The notes under the pieces: generated by a model
What the model was told of the DNA's origin: nothing
The model's input: the letters and a program-made list of their open reading frames with translations, nothing else
The model's database searches: none
Part shown: positions 42,696 to 57,225 of the stretch, piece by piece
Numbering within the stretch: position 1 is the first letter of the stretch
Layout of the letters: each line of letters opens with the position of its first letter
From: Tardiphaga sp.
Lineage (GTDB): Bacteria; Pseudomonadota; Alphaproteobacteria; Rhizobiales; Xanthobacteraceae
DNA length: 64,000 nt
Assembly (NCBI RefSeq): GCF_025356345.1
Contig: NZ_JANXTC010000393.1
Span: 2,631-66,630, forward strand
Reading direction: 5' to 3'
Position numbers and translations under genes: made by a program

Positions 42696-44171
42696 TCAAG
42701 CCGCGCGAACCGATCCGAGGAATTGGTCGACTTCCGATTTCAGCATCGTCGACTGCGACGACAAACCATTGGCCGCGTCCAGCAGCCGCGAGGCCGCGAC
42801 GCCGGCCTCGCTGGAAGTCTGGGCGACGCCGGCGATATTGGCGCTGACCTCGCTGGTGCCGCTGGCCGCCTGCTGTACATTGCCGGCAATCTCGCTGGTC
42901 GCGGCGCCCTGTTGTTCGACCGCGGCGGCGATGGCGTTGGAAATTTCGCTGATCTCGGCGATGGTGCCGCCAATGCCGGCGATCGCGGTGACGGCCTCGC
43001 CGGTGGCGTTCTGAATTGCCTGGATCTGCTGCGCGATTTCCTCGGTGGCCTTGGCGGTCTGGTTGGCCAGCGCCTTGACCTCGCTGGCAACCACCGCAAA
43101 GCCGCGACCGTGCTCGCCGGCACGCGCCGCCTCGATGGTGGCGTTCAGCGCCAGCAGATTGGTCTGGCTGGCGATGCTCTGGATCAGCGTCACGACCTCG
43201 CCGATCTTGTCGGTGCCCAGCACCAGCCCATTGACCACCTCATTGGTCCGGCGCGCTTCCTCGGTGGCCTTGCCGGCGACTTCCGCCGAGCGCGCCGCCT
43301 GTCGGGCGATTTCGGTGATCGAGGCGGTCAGTTCCTCGGCGGCGGACGCCACCGTGCCGACATTGAGCGAGGCCTGGGTCGAGGCCGCGGCCGCGGCCGC
43401 CGTCTGCCGGGCCGCCTCCGTACTGTTGTTGCTCATCGACGACGACATGCCCTGCATCTCGCCCGAGGCGACCGCCACGGCGGTGATGATATGGCCCACC
43501 TTGCGTTCGAAATCGGTCGCCAACTGGCGCATCGCCGCGTCCGACTCTGCCTTCAGGCGGCGCTCGGCTTCGGCATTTTCAGCGCGGCCGCGGGCCTCGG
43601 CGGCATTGGCGGCATCCGCCTCAGCGGTCTTCTGCTCGGTCGTGGCGAACAACACTTCGAGCTGGTGCGCCAGCCATACCAGCACGCCGGCTTCCATGAT
43701 CAGCACCAGCGCATGCAGCACGACCCGGCCGAAGTCGGCGCCGCCGGGGAAGATCGCCGCCGGAACGATGAAGTTCAGCATCAGATGGTGCAGCGCCACC
43801 GCGGCAGTGCCCGCGATCACGGCGCGGTAGTCACAATAGGCGACCAGACAAGCCAGCGACGCGAAGAAATACATGTGGGTATCGATCTGCCATGCATTTC
43901 CCGACAGCTGATAGGTGAACAGCGAAGCGCCGCCGATCACCGCGACCGCTACCACCAGGCGGGTTGAAGATCCGTTGCCGGCGGTCCGCCACGACAATGT
44001 CGCGGCGCCGGCCAGCATGGCCGCGAAAAGCACCGGCCCGACCACCTCCCGACCGAGCGCCAGCCCGATCATGGCGGCGACGGCGACGTGCAACCAGAGT
44101 AGCGTGATCAGCGTCTTGCTGGCGGTTTCGCGAAGCGCGTGCAGGCCTTGGCTTTCTGTCGTCATCGTCAA
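42696..44171 (-). CDS. Chemoreceptor (MCP9) with a multi-pass, His-rich intramembrane sensor
   Basis: About six hydrophobic helices containing [17 protein letters not shown] and VVLHAL; no periplasmic domain and no clear HAMP; conserved tip [34 protein letters not shown]. Start 44171 (TTG) or 44165 (ATG). Confidence 0.92.
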   Translation of the reverse strand: MTMTTESQGLHALRETASKTLITLLWLHVAVAAMIGLALGREVVGPVLFAAMLAGAATLSWRTAGNGSSTRLVVAVAVIGGASLFTYQLSGNAWQIDTHMYFFASLACLVAYCDYRAVIAGTAAVALHHLMLNFIVPAAIFPGGADFGRVVLHALVLIMEAGVLVWLAHQLEVLFATTEQKTAEADAANAAEARGRAENAEAERRLKAESDAAMRQLATDFERKVGHIITAVAVASGEMQGMSSSMSNNSTEAARQTAAAAAASTQASLNVGTVASAAEELTASITEIARQAARSAEVAGKATEEARRTNEVVNGLVLGTDKIGEVVTLIQSIASQTNLLALNATIEAARAGEHGRGFAVVASEVKALANQTAKATEEIAQQIQAIQNATGEAVTAIAGIGGTIAEISEISNAIAAAVEQQGAATSEIAGNVQQAASGTSEVSANIAGVAQTSSEAGVAASRLLDAANGLSSQSTMLKSEVDQFLGSVRAA

Positions 44172-44503
44172 ATGTCCTTGGTTTTAATATTAAGGCAGGC
44201 AGCAATTGCCTGAGGGTCAAAAGCCAGCAAGACGCCGGCGCGACGCAGCCGCGCCAGACCATCATGGTCGTCCGGGCGAACAATCAGCAGCGTGGAGACG
44301 CCGGTCAGTCGCACAACCGTGGCGCTGGCCGCCGCCGCCGCACCGAAGATCTGTTGAGAATTCCACCATGGTGGAAACAGCACCGCGATCACCTCGGCAT
44401 CGGGCCGGGTCTGCAGCGACAGGCCGGCGATGGCGAGCCAGCTGATGAGCAACAAGCCGACCGCGGGAGCCCAGATCAAGCGTGATGAGGTACCATTATG
44501 CAT
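44168..44503 (-). CDS. Small membrane-anchored protein coupled to MCP9
   Basis: ATG at 44503, 111 aa; hydrophobic N-terminus, [22 protein letters not shown]. Its TGA at 44168-44170 overlaps or abuts the MCP9 start. Confidence 0.7.
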   Translation of the reverse strand: MHNGTSSRLIWAPAVGLLLISWLAIAGLSLQTRPDAEVIAVLFPPWWNSQQIFGAAAAASATVVRLTGVSTLLIVRPDDHDGLARLRRAGVLLAFDPQAIAACLNIKTKDI

Positions 44504-44667
44504 AATATAATACTTATCAGACAAAGCTAAACGGCGACTGAAGACGCCAACGGTATAATGTGCCGCGGCCATGCCGGCATGGTGATGCGCGGCCCGCCCG
44601 GCATCAAGGCCGCCAACGTCAAGGTCGTCCCCGCCTGAGCAAGGACGACCGTCGGGACCACGCTACC

Positions 44668-45442
44668 TCACTCCAGCCCCTGCACCGAAGGGGCCGCGGT
44701 TTCGGCGGGCTTGGTTTCAATGGGTCTGGTTTCAGTGGGTTTGGCATCGGCGGGCGGAGCGGCGGGGGCCGCGGTGAGGGGGATCACGCGCACCTCGCCT
44801 GGCTTTGGCGTGACCACAGCGGATTGTTCGGCGGGCGCCGCGGCGGCGGCCGGTGGCGCCGGCGGAACGGCGACGGTGACCGGCGCGACCACCGGCTTGG
44901 CTGGTCTTGCCACGGCGCGAACCGGTGGCGCCTTTGGCAACGGGACGCCTGGCGTCCGGTTGGCAATCCTGGGCAAGGGCACCGGAAGCGGCGGCGCACG
45001 CCGATACTGCGGAAGATCGAGCGGCGGGCCAGCCGGGCCGTAGCGCGTCACCATCTCGTTGCCCATCCGGTCGCCCATGCGCCATGCCGGCATGAAGCGC
45101 AGGATACGGCCGCTGCGGGCATCGATCCATCCGGCCATCCTCACCATCCCGGTCGATCGCCGAAACGGTATAGACGAGTCCACGCTGCCGCGGCGCGCCG
45201 AGCGGCGAAAAGCCACTTTCGCGCAGGATGGCGTAGATCTCCCGCGGCGGCAGAATTGGCGGCGCGAAGCGCGCGTAACCGTCGCCATAGCTGGGTGGTA
45301 TCGCCGCATAGGGACCGCCAACATCAGAAATATGGACAAATGGTGGAAGATCGCTCTTCATCGGCGGCAGCGATTGGGCCTGCGCCGCGGCGGCCGTGAC
45401 CGCCATGCCGAGCGAGGCCGCCCATCCCAGAAGATATTTCAT
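44668..45442 (-). pseudogene. Secreted proline-rich protein interrupted by a frameshift (pseudogene or assembly error)
   Basis: MKYLLGWAASLG signal peptide...SAIDRDGEDGRM in one frame; IDARSGRILRFMP...APSVQGLE in another. The junction at about 45127 reads CGG ATG G ATC GAT GCC. Confidence 0.6.
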
Positions 45443-45746
45443 TGCATGCTCCATGAACGCCCCCGCGCCCGGAGCGTGGCCAGATCCTGGTCCACGCCCT
45501 GTCCACCCGCGCGGCGGTGCAACGCACCCACCGGACAAACGGATGGACAGGGCAGAGGCTGATCGTCAAATTGGGCAGCGCTTTGGCCGGATCGCGGCAC
45601 CGAATGCCGCAAACTCGCATTACAACGCGTTTTGGCTGCCTGAATGCGCATGTTCGGCGCGGACTTGCCGGCGCTTGTGTGATAGAAAAAAATTTGGCAG
45701 AGTCAGTGTTAGGACAGCATTACTGTCTCTATTTATGTGGCATACC

Positions 45747-45762
45747 CGGCACAGGGCTTGCA
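45747..45762 (+). promoter_or_regulatory. Sigma54-like -24/-12 promoter upstream of gltB
   Basis: CGGCACAGGGCTTGCA, i.e. GG-N10-GC, close to the TGGCACG-N4-TTGCW consensus, about 200 bp before the gltB ATG. Confidence 0.55.
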
Positions 45763-45960
45763 ACGTATGCGGGTGCCGGCCTCTTGGTAGAGGCGCCCGA
45801 AATGACGGAACTTGGGTGGCCACCGCGGACGATGGGCATCACAGTCTACATTCTTAAATCGAGGCTCGCGGCGCGCGAGCGGTGGCCCTAGGGGGTTCCG
45901 CGACCGCCCAAGGTGCGCCGACGGATTTGGCAAAACCCCACGGGGTTTGAGAGGACGAAG

Positions 45961-50700
<4,740 letters not shown>

Positions 50701-50718
50701 CACCAGGAATAAACTCGC

Positions 50719-50775
50719 CGTCATTGCGAGGTCGGGGAAGACTGCGAAGCAGTCCTCCGCGACCTCGCAATGACG
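50719..50775. repeat. REP-like palindrome between gltB and gltD
   Basis: Perfect 16-bp inverted repeat CGTCATTGCGAGGTCG / CGACCTCGCAATGACG; same core as the repeats at 19169, 19505 and 27719. Confidence 0.8.
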
Positions 50776-50808
50776 AATAGCTAGAGACGGTTTGGGGCAG
50801 TAAGTCGT

Positions 50809-52266
50809 ATGGGCAAGATCACAGGTTTTCTCGAAATCGATCGTCACGATCGCAACTACGCGCCGGTGTCCGAGCGCCTCAAGGGCTATGGCGAATTCGT
50901 CATTCCGCTGAGCGAAAAAGAGACCAAGGACCAAGCGGCGCGCTGCATGAATTGCGGCATCCCGTATTGCCACGGCACCGGCTCGGTTCAGCCCGGCACG
51001 CCCGGCTGCCCGGTCAACAACCAGATCCCGGACTGGAATGACCTTGTCTATAACGGCAACTGGGAAGAGGCGTCGCGCAACCTGCACTCCACCAACAATT
51101 TCCCGGAGATCACCGGCCGCATCTGTCCGGCGCCATGCGAGGCGTCGTGCACGCTGAACATCGACGACAACCCCGTCACCATCAAGACCATCGAATGCGC
51201 CATCGTCGACAAGGCCTGGGAAAACGGCTGGCTGAAGCCCGAGATCGCCCCGGTGAAGACCGGCAAGAAGATCGCCGTGGTCGGCTCCGGTCCGGCCGGC
51301 ATGGCCTGTGCCCAGCAACTCGCCCGCGCCGGCCATGACGTGCATCTGTTCGAGAAGGCCGGCAAGGCTGGCGGGTTGATGCGCTACGGCATTCCCGACT
51401 TCAAGATGGAAAAGCATGTCATCGACCGCCGCGTCGCGCAGATGGAAGCCGAAGGCGTCACTTTTCACTACAATTCACCGGTCGGCGGCAGCGCGCCCGG
51501 CGCGGTCGATCCCGCCGAACTGCTGAAGACCTATGAGGCGGTCGCACTGACCGGCGGCGCCGAGGCCGGTCGCGACCTGCCGATCCCGGGCCGCGACCTC
51601 AAGGGCATCCATTTCGCGATGGACTTCCTGCCGCAGCAGAACCGCCGCGTCGGCCACGAGCCGCTCGGCGAGGTCAACGAGATCCTCGCCACCGGCAAGC
51701 ATGTCGTCGTGATCGGCGGCGGCGACACCGGATCCGATTGCATCGGAACTTCGTTCCGCCAGGGCGCGACCTCGGTAACGCAGCTGGAAATCATGCCGGC
51801 ACCGCCGGAACATGAGGACAAGGCTATGACCTGGCCAAACTGGCCGCTGAAGATGCGGACCTCGTCGAGCCAGGCGGAAGGCGCGAAGCGCGAATTCGCC
51901 GTGCTGACCCAGACCTTTACCGGCGCCGATGGCCGCGTCGAGAAGCTCAACTGCGTGCAGGTCGATGACAAGTTCAAGCCAATCCCCGGCAGCGAGTTCG
52001 AACTCAAGGCCGACCTCGTATTGTTGGCGATGGGTTTCGTGCATCCTCTCCATGACGGCATGTTGAAGACGTTGGGCGTCGATCTCGACCAGCGTGGCAA
52101 CGTCCGCGCCGCGCTCACCGATTTCGCCACCTCGCTGCCGAAAGTGTTTTCGGCGGGCGACATGCGCCGTGGCCAGTCGCTGGTGGTGTGGGCGATCCGC
52201 GAGGGCCGGCTATGCGCCCGTGCCATCGACCAGTTCCTGATGGGCGCCACCACGCTACCGCGCTAG
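50809..52266 (+). CDS. gltD: Glutamate synthase small subunit
   Basis: [65 protein letters not shown]. Confidence 0.98.
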   Translation: MGKITGFLEIDRHDRNYAPVSERLKGYGEFVIPLSEKETKDQAARCMNCGIPYCHGTGSVQPGTPGCPVNNQIPDWNDLVYNGNWEEASRNLHSTNNFPEITGRICPAPCEASCTLNIDDNPVTIKTIECAIVDKAWENGWLKPEIAPVKTGKKIAVVGSGPAGMACAQQLARAGHDVHLFEKAGKAGGLMRYGIPDFKMEKHVIDRRVAQMEAEGVTFHYNSPVGGSAPGAVDPAELLKTYEAVALTGGAEAGRDLPIPGRDLKGIHFAMDFLPQQNRRVGHEPLGEVNEILATGKHVVVIGGGDTGSDCIGTSFRQGATSVTQLEIMPAPPEHEDKAMTWPNWPLKMRTSSSQAEGAKREFAVLTQTFTGADGRVEKLNCVQVDDKFKPIPGSEFELKADLVLLAMGFVHPLHDGMLKTLGVDLDQRGNVRAALTDFATSLPKVFSAGDMRRGQSLVVWAIREGRLCARAIDQFLMGATTLPR

Positions 52267-52492
52267 GAACTGCGAAGTAGCTTTCGGCCCTCGCGAAAGC
52301 GGGGACCGGTTTCCACCGCCGTGAAAAACGCGGTGATAGCAATTTCGGTGCAACAGCCACGTGGATAATTTCCCGATGCCATCGGGTCACCACAGAAAAG
52401 TACGATTGCGCCGGCACCACCGTGCCGTGACCATCCGCATTGACGACTTCACCCGCACGCCAGCTGATTGTATTCCGCGCTCGATCCGTGTC

Positions 52493-52846
52493 ATGCGGTG
52501 GCTTGCGGCGGGAATCGTGCTGCTCGGCCTATCTGTCATTCCGGCTTTGGCAATGCCTAGAAGCGTCGCCTCCAGCGCGGGATCATTCTTCGCCGCGGCG
52601 GCGCAATGCGAGACGTTGAACCTGATCACGCCGGGCCAGACCGAGGCGCTGATCAAGGCGCTCAATAACTATCTCTCCCCGACCGACCTCATCCACATGC
52701 AAAACGGCTACGCGCGTGGCCTGAAAGAATCGATGGTCTATGTTGTCGAACTGAAGCGCTGGGCGCCGTTCTCCGCGGATTCCTCGAGCTGCTACCGCGT
52801 GCAGGGTGTGCTCGACGATTACAAGGCGCAACTGGAAGGCAACTGA
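52493..52846 (+). CDS. Small secreted hypothetical protein with two Cys
   Basis: MRWLAAGIVLLGLSVIPALA signal peptide; 117 aa; Cys in AQCET and SSCYR. No family recognised. Confidence 0.55.
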   Translation: MRWLAAGIVLLGLSVIPALAMPRSVASSAGSFFAAAAQCETLNLITPGQTEALIKALNNYLSPTDLIHMQNGYARGLKESMVYVVELKRWAPFSADSSSCYRVQGVLDDYKAQLEGN

Positions 52847-52871
52847 GCTGAGCCGGTTCAACGCCGGAGCA

Positions 52872-53255
52872 TTACGCCGCCAGTTCGTGCATAGCCGCGA
52901 TGATTGCCTGGGCATCGTACGGTTTCTGGAAAAACCGGCTGCGCTCCGGAAGCTGATCGAGATTCGCCGTGCGGTGGCCCGAGACGATGATGATCTCGAT
53001 CGGCGGCCAGCGCCCCCGGATCGCGGCAGCCAGCTTCATGCCGTCCATCGAGCCAGGCATGTCGACATCGGTGAAAACCAGACGAATGTCGGTGCGCGCC
53101 TCCAGGATGGCGACCGCCTCGTCGGCATTGCTGGCGCACACCGCCTCGAAGCCGGCGTCCCCAACAAGGTCGATTGCCATCAGTAACTGCATCGGTTCGT
53201 CTTCGACGACCAATACGATCTGTTTGTCAGCCGAGCGTACCACCATCACCGCCAT
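52872..53255 (-). CDS. Single-domain response regulator
   Basis: VLVVEDE, VFTDVDMPG, IIIVSG, FFQKPY. Overlaps the 3' end of the HWE kinase gene. Start uncertain. Confidence 0.9.
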   Translation of the reverse strand: MAVMVVRSADKQIVLVVEDEPMQLLMAIDLVGDAGFEAVCASNADEAVAILEARTDIRLVFTDVDMPGSMDGMKLAAAIRGRWPPIEIIIVSGHRTANLDQLPERSRFFQKPYDAQAIIAAMHELAA

Positions 53256-54732
53256 ATTCAATCAGGGCAATCGGGGCGCAAAATTCAACGCGGAAGCCTG
53301 AGGGATCGTAACGCTTCACGGCCCCACCGGTTCCAAGCAGACCCATGTCAATCAGTCGCGTCCCCAGCCCCTTTCGATGAGGTTGCTGAACCACGGGCCC
53401 GCCACTTTCGACCCAGCCCAAAGTGAGTTCGGTTCCGCTGCTCGACCAGGTCACCGCGACCTTCCCCCGCGGCACGCTGAGCGCGCCGTATTTCACCGCG
53501 TTGGTCGCCAGTTCATGCAGCAGCAGCGACAGCGACAGCGACAGCGCCGCTTTGGGGTCGAGGTCGACCTCCGGCCCCGTCAGGATGAACTGCGCGCGCT
53601 CGCCATGCGCGGCCACCGCGCTCGCCACGATGTCACGCATATGAACCGATACCCAGCTCTGGTTCACCAGCATGTCCTGTGCCCGGCTGAGCGCGGCGAT
53701 GCGCAGGGTAAAGGCATTGACAGCATCGCGGTCGGCGACGTTGCGCAGGGTCTGCGACGCGATCGCCTGCACCAGCGTCATCGAATTTTTCATCCGGTGG
53801 CCAAGTTCGAGATTGGCCAGCCGCAGCTGCGCTTCGGCGAGCTTGCGGTCGGTGACGTCATGCACGGTGCCCAGCATGCGCACCGGCTGTCCCTCGGCAT
53901 CCAGTTCGAACTGCGCCCGGCGCGATATCCAGACGACCTCGCCGGTGTCTGCCTTGCGGATGCGGTATTCAACGACCAGCGGCATGTCCGCATGCTGGCG
54001 CCGTTCCCGGGTCGATATTTCAACCCGGTCCTCCGGAAACACCAGCGCCTCGACCGCCTCGGGGCGTGTCAGCGGCTGATACTCCAGACCGTAGACCCGG
54101 CAGAACTGTTCGCTCACGGTCATCTGGTCGGTCGGGATGTCGATTTCGAAGCTGCCGATCTTTCCGGCTTCCTGCGCCATGCGCAGCCGCATTTCATTGG
54201 CGCGTTGCGCCGCCGCCAGCTGATCGCCCTCGATCTTGGCGCGGCGCAATTCCAGCTGAATCATCACCTGACGCGCCAGCGCCTCCAGCGAACCGATCTG
54301 GTCAGCGTTGAGCCCGCCCGGTCTCGCAACCGTGTCGATGACACACACGGTTCCCAGCACCAGTCCTTCGGGAGTTCGTAGCAGGGCCCCGGCATAAAAT
54401 CGGATAAAGGGCGGGCCGGTCACGAGGGAATTGTCGCACGTCCGCGGGTCTTGCGTCAGGTCAGGAATATTGAGTGTAGACCCCTGCGCGATCGCGTGGG
54501 CGCACACCGACTGCTCGATCGGCGTCTCGCAGATACCAAGACCGGCCTCCGCCTTGAACCACTGTCGCCGCTCCGCCACCAGGCTCACCAAAGCGATGGG
54601 CGTGTTGCACAGCCGGCGCGCGAGCATTACCACATCGTCGAAGCCGACCTCCGCGGCGGTATCGAGAATGTTGTACAGTCCGAGACCTTCCAGTCGGATC
54701 AAATCGGCGACCAGCGCCGGTACGTCGGACAT
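53227..54732 (-). CDS. GAF-PAS HWE-family sensor histidine kinase
   Basis: GAF (IRFYAGALL, LGTVCVID), PAS/PAC (VVEYRIR..GEVVWI), H-box ELGHRMKN, HELATNAVKYG, WVESGGP. Confidence 0.92.
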   Translation of the reverse strand: MSDVPALVADLIRLEGLGLYNILDTAAEVGFDDVVMLARRLCNTPIALVSLVAERRQWFKAEAGLGICETPIEQSVCAHAIAQGSTLNIPDLTQDPRTCDNSLVTGPPFIRFYAGALLRTPEGLVLGTVCVIDTVARPGGLNADQIGSLEALARQVMIQLELRRAKIEGDQLAAAQRANEMRLRMAQEAGKIGSFEIDIPTDQMTVSEQFCRVYGLEYQPLTRPEAVEALVFPEDRVEISTRERRQHADMPLVVEYRIRKADTGEVVWISRRAQFELDAEGQPVRMLGTVHDVTDRKLAEAQLRLANLELGHRMKNSMTLVQAIASQTLRNVADRDAVNAFTLRIAALSRAQDMLVNQSWVSVHMRDIVASAVAAHGERAQFILTGPEVDLDPKAALSLSLSLLLHELATNAVKYGALSVPRGKVAVTWSSSGTELTLGWVESGGPVVQQPHRKGLGTRLIDMGLLGTGGAVKRYDPSGFRVEFCAPIALIEYGGDGGTLG

Positions 54733-54844
54733 CACTCCTCACTTCGCAGCCGCGCGGCAATGACGCTACCGCATTCGTCCGGTTGGTGACGCACCGCCTG
54801 CCTTCTCGCAAGCACAGCGGCCCTGCCACCTCGCCGAACCACGC

Positions 54845-54869
54845 GGAACCCGGAGCCACCTTGTGAATT
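54845..54869 (+). promoter_or_regulatory. EcfG/RpoE2-like general-stress promoter for the CsbD gene
   Basis: GGAAC (54845-54849)-N18-TT (54868-54869), about 35 bp before the CsbD start. Confidence 0.5.
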
Positions 54870-54903
54870 AAATGTCCGAGAATTTCCTCACGGAGTGGAT
54901 GAC

Positions 54904-55266
54904 ATGGACAAGGACCGTATCGCGGGCGCCGCGAAAGATGCCGCCGGCAAGGTTGAAGGCGTTGTGGGCAACATGACCGGGGATTCCCGTACGGAGGCCT
55001 CGGGCCGCGCTCGCGAAGCGTCAGGCACCGTGCAGAACCTTTATGGCCAGGCCAAGGACGCGGTGCGCGACGCTACCGACGCTGCGACCAGCTACGCCAA
55101 GGACGCCATCGACAGCGATGTATACCGCGATGGCAGCCAGGCCGTGGTCAAGCAGGTGCGAGACAATCCGCTCGGCGCCCTGCTGGTTGCCGGTGGAATT
55201 GGTTTCGCCCTCGCAATGTTGCTGACCCGACCGCCGGCGCGACGCCCTAACCGCTGGGGCTACTGA
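54904..55266 (+). CDS. CsbD-family stress protein
   Basis: MDKDRIAGAAKDAAGKVEGVVGNMTGD...NLYGQAKD; C-terminal VRDNPLGALLVAGGIGFAL anchor. Confidence 0.88.
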   Translation: MDKDRIAGAAKDAAGKVEGVVGNMTGDSRTEASGRAREASGTVQNLYGQAKDAVRDATDAATSYAKDAIDSDVYRDGSQAVVKQVRDNPLGALLVAGGIGFALAMLLTRPPARRPNRWGY

Positions 55267-55293
55267 GCAATTCGGCTGGTCAACATTTGCCGC

Positions 55294-55330
55294 AAAAAAA
55301 TCCCCCGGGTCGAAAGACCGGGGGATTTTT
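55294..55330. terminator. Bidirectional intrinsic terminator
   Basis: A-run, TCCCCCGG..GAAA..CCGGGGGA stem-loop and T-run, between the convergent CsbD and SGNH genes. Confidence 0.8.
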
Positions 55331-55367
55331 CGTTGCTCGCAGGAGCGCTTCGATAACTCGAAACCGA

Positions 55368-57017
55368 CTACCGCGTGAAGAAACCCGGACCGGACGCCGA
55401 AGGCCCAAGCTCGAGCGGCGGACGCGGCCCGTTATTGCGCGGGCGCGGTGGCTGCGGCGCGTTCTGTCGCGGCGTATTATCGAAGCCAAAGAAACTGCCG
55501 ATTGACGGCTCGTTGGCGGCCACCGGGCGAGGCTTCTTCGGCTTGGGCGGCGCCGGCGCCGCCATGACCGGAACGAGACCGTCCGGGCCAGTCACGGCGG
55601 CCGGAATTATCGCCGCCACCGGCGCCTCGCTCGGCGCGACCTGACGACCGACTTCACGACGTGGCCAGACGAAATCATCGGCGCGGCCGGCCGGCGCCAC
55701 CAGCGGTTCGCCGCGCAGCAGCATGCGGATCGCCAGTGGATCGGCAGCGATCGGCCGGGTGCCGGCGCCGCCGAGCAACTGGTCGGTGCCGACCGAGGAC
55801 GCCACCAGCGGAATGATCGGGCCAGCCAGCGGCCGTGGCGGCGGCGCGCCGGGCACGACGCTGGCGTCCGGGGTTGCGGGCTCGCTGGGCAGCGCGATCG
55901 GAGCCGACCGCCCGGCCAGCAAACGGGTAATCTCGCGCTCGACATAATGCGCCAGCTTGCGGGCGCCGGCCTTGGTAAAATACACCCCATCATAGGATCG
56001 CAGCCGGCGATTCTGGCCCTCGAAGTCCGGGCCCTGCTGCAGGAAGCGACCGGCTTCGTCGACGAAACCATCCCAGACATCAACATAGGTAATGCCCGCC
56101 TTGCCGGCGGCGTCGCGGTACAGATTGTCCAGGAACAGCATGTCCGAGGTGGCCTTGGCGCCGCGTACCGCCGGCAACCCGACCCACAGCACCGGCACGC
56201 CCCTGGCCTTGAGCACGCCGATCATTTCCTCGATCTTTTTGGAATAAAGCTCGACCCAGCGGTCGTCGCGGAACTCGGCCACCGCATTGCCGCCGGCGCG
56301 GCTGCCGCGGTCGGGCGCCGCGATCGGCGGCGGGTCGGCGATATCGGCATCATCGGCGATTTCCGCCTCGGGCTTGGGCCCCGGCCTGGCCGCCTCGGCG
56401 CCACTCGCCTTGTCGTCCTTCTTGGCGCCCTTCTTGTCGGCGGGCTTGTCAGGCTCGCGGATCGCAACGCGGTCGTTAAGTCCCAGCATCACGACGATCG
56501 CATCCGGCTTTTCAGTGGCGAGAATGCCCTTGGCCGCGGCCGCCCAATCGGCGGGATCGCCTTTCGGTTGGTAGCGCAGCAGGCCGGACACCGTCTTGTG
56601 GCGGCGGATCACGCCCATATCGGGCTGCTCGGAATAGGCGTCTTCCAGGCCATAGGCCAGCCAGTCGGCCATCGAATCGCCGAGCACCAGCACATTGCGC
56701 TCCGGCGCCGCCGCGCCGTCGCGTTTTTCCGGCGACGGCGCGCGGGAATAGTCATCGCGCGGCTGAACGCGCCGCGGCGCCTGCTGCTGGAATGGAGCAA
56801 AGAACGGGCTGTCATTGCCGAACCAGCCGCCACCATACCCGCCCCCGCGCTGCTGCTGGCGCGGCGGCGACGGTGGACCGCCGAAATTGAAAAACTGCGC
56901 GGAGGCCGGCGCAACAATGCCGAACAGCATGCCGATCGCCACAGCCAGCGCAATCAGCGGGCCGCGCTCGGCGCGCAAGCTGTCGAAACGCCATCTGGAT
57001 GTCGGCTTCTGGGACAT
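55368..57017 (-). CDS. SGNH-hydrolase-like / DUF459 periplasmic protein
   Basis: VLVLGDSMAD, VMLGLNDR, VLWVGLP, RSYDGVYFT (DxxH replaced by DGVY). Pro-rich termini. ATG at 57017. Confidence 0.82.
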   Translation of the reverse strand: MSQKPTSRWRFDSLRAERGPLIALAVAIGMLFGIVAPASAQFFNFGGPPSPPRQQQRGGGYGGGWFGNDSPFFAPFQQQAPRRVQPRDDYSRAPSPEKRDGAAAPERNVLVLGDSMADWLAYGLEDAYSEQPDMGVIRRHKTVSGLLRYQPKGDPADWAAAAKGILATEKPDAIVVMLGLNDRVAIREPDKPADKKGAKKDDKASGAEAARPGPKPEAEIADDADIADPPPIAAPDRGSRAGGNAVAEFRDDRWVELYSKKIEEMIGVLKARGVPVLWVGLPAVRGAKATSDMLFLDNLYRDAAGKAGITYVDVWDGFVDEAGRFLQQGPDFEGQNRRLRSYDGVYFTKAGARKLAHYVEREITRLLAGRSAPIALPSEPATPDASVVPGAPPPRPLAGPIIPLVASSVGTDQLLGGAGTRPIAADPLAIRMLLRGEPLVAPAGRADDFVWPRREVGRQVAPSEAPVAAIIPAAVTGPDGLVPVMAAPAPPKPKKPRPVAANEPSIGSFFGFDNTPRQNAPQPPRPRNNGPRPPLELGPSASGPGFFTR

Positions 57018-57225
57018 GCGCCTCGACCGCGACCGGAACAATTCCACGCCTGCATACTACCGGATTCGGGCCGCAAGCGGGCAATCATGCGCATAAGCTC
57101 GGCCACGGGCGGCCCGTCAAGGGCGCCACCGAATTATCAGCATCAGGGTTAGCGCCGCGGCGACGTGCCGCCATGGAACGCCTGGAAGCCTGGCGGGCCG
57201 ATCCTGCCCGCCAGTACAGCCCGCT

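Noticed and set aside
42696-44171. MHYT or rhodopsin-type sensor in MCP9
   Set aside because: There are no repeated MHYxxM motifs and no seventh-helix retinal lysine; the domain is left unnamed.
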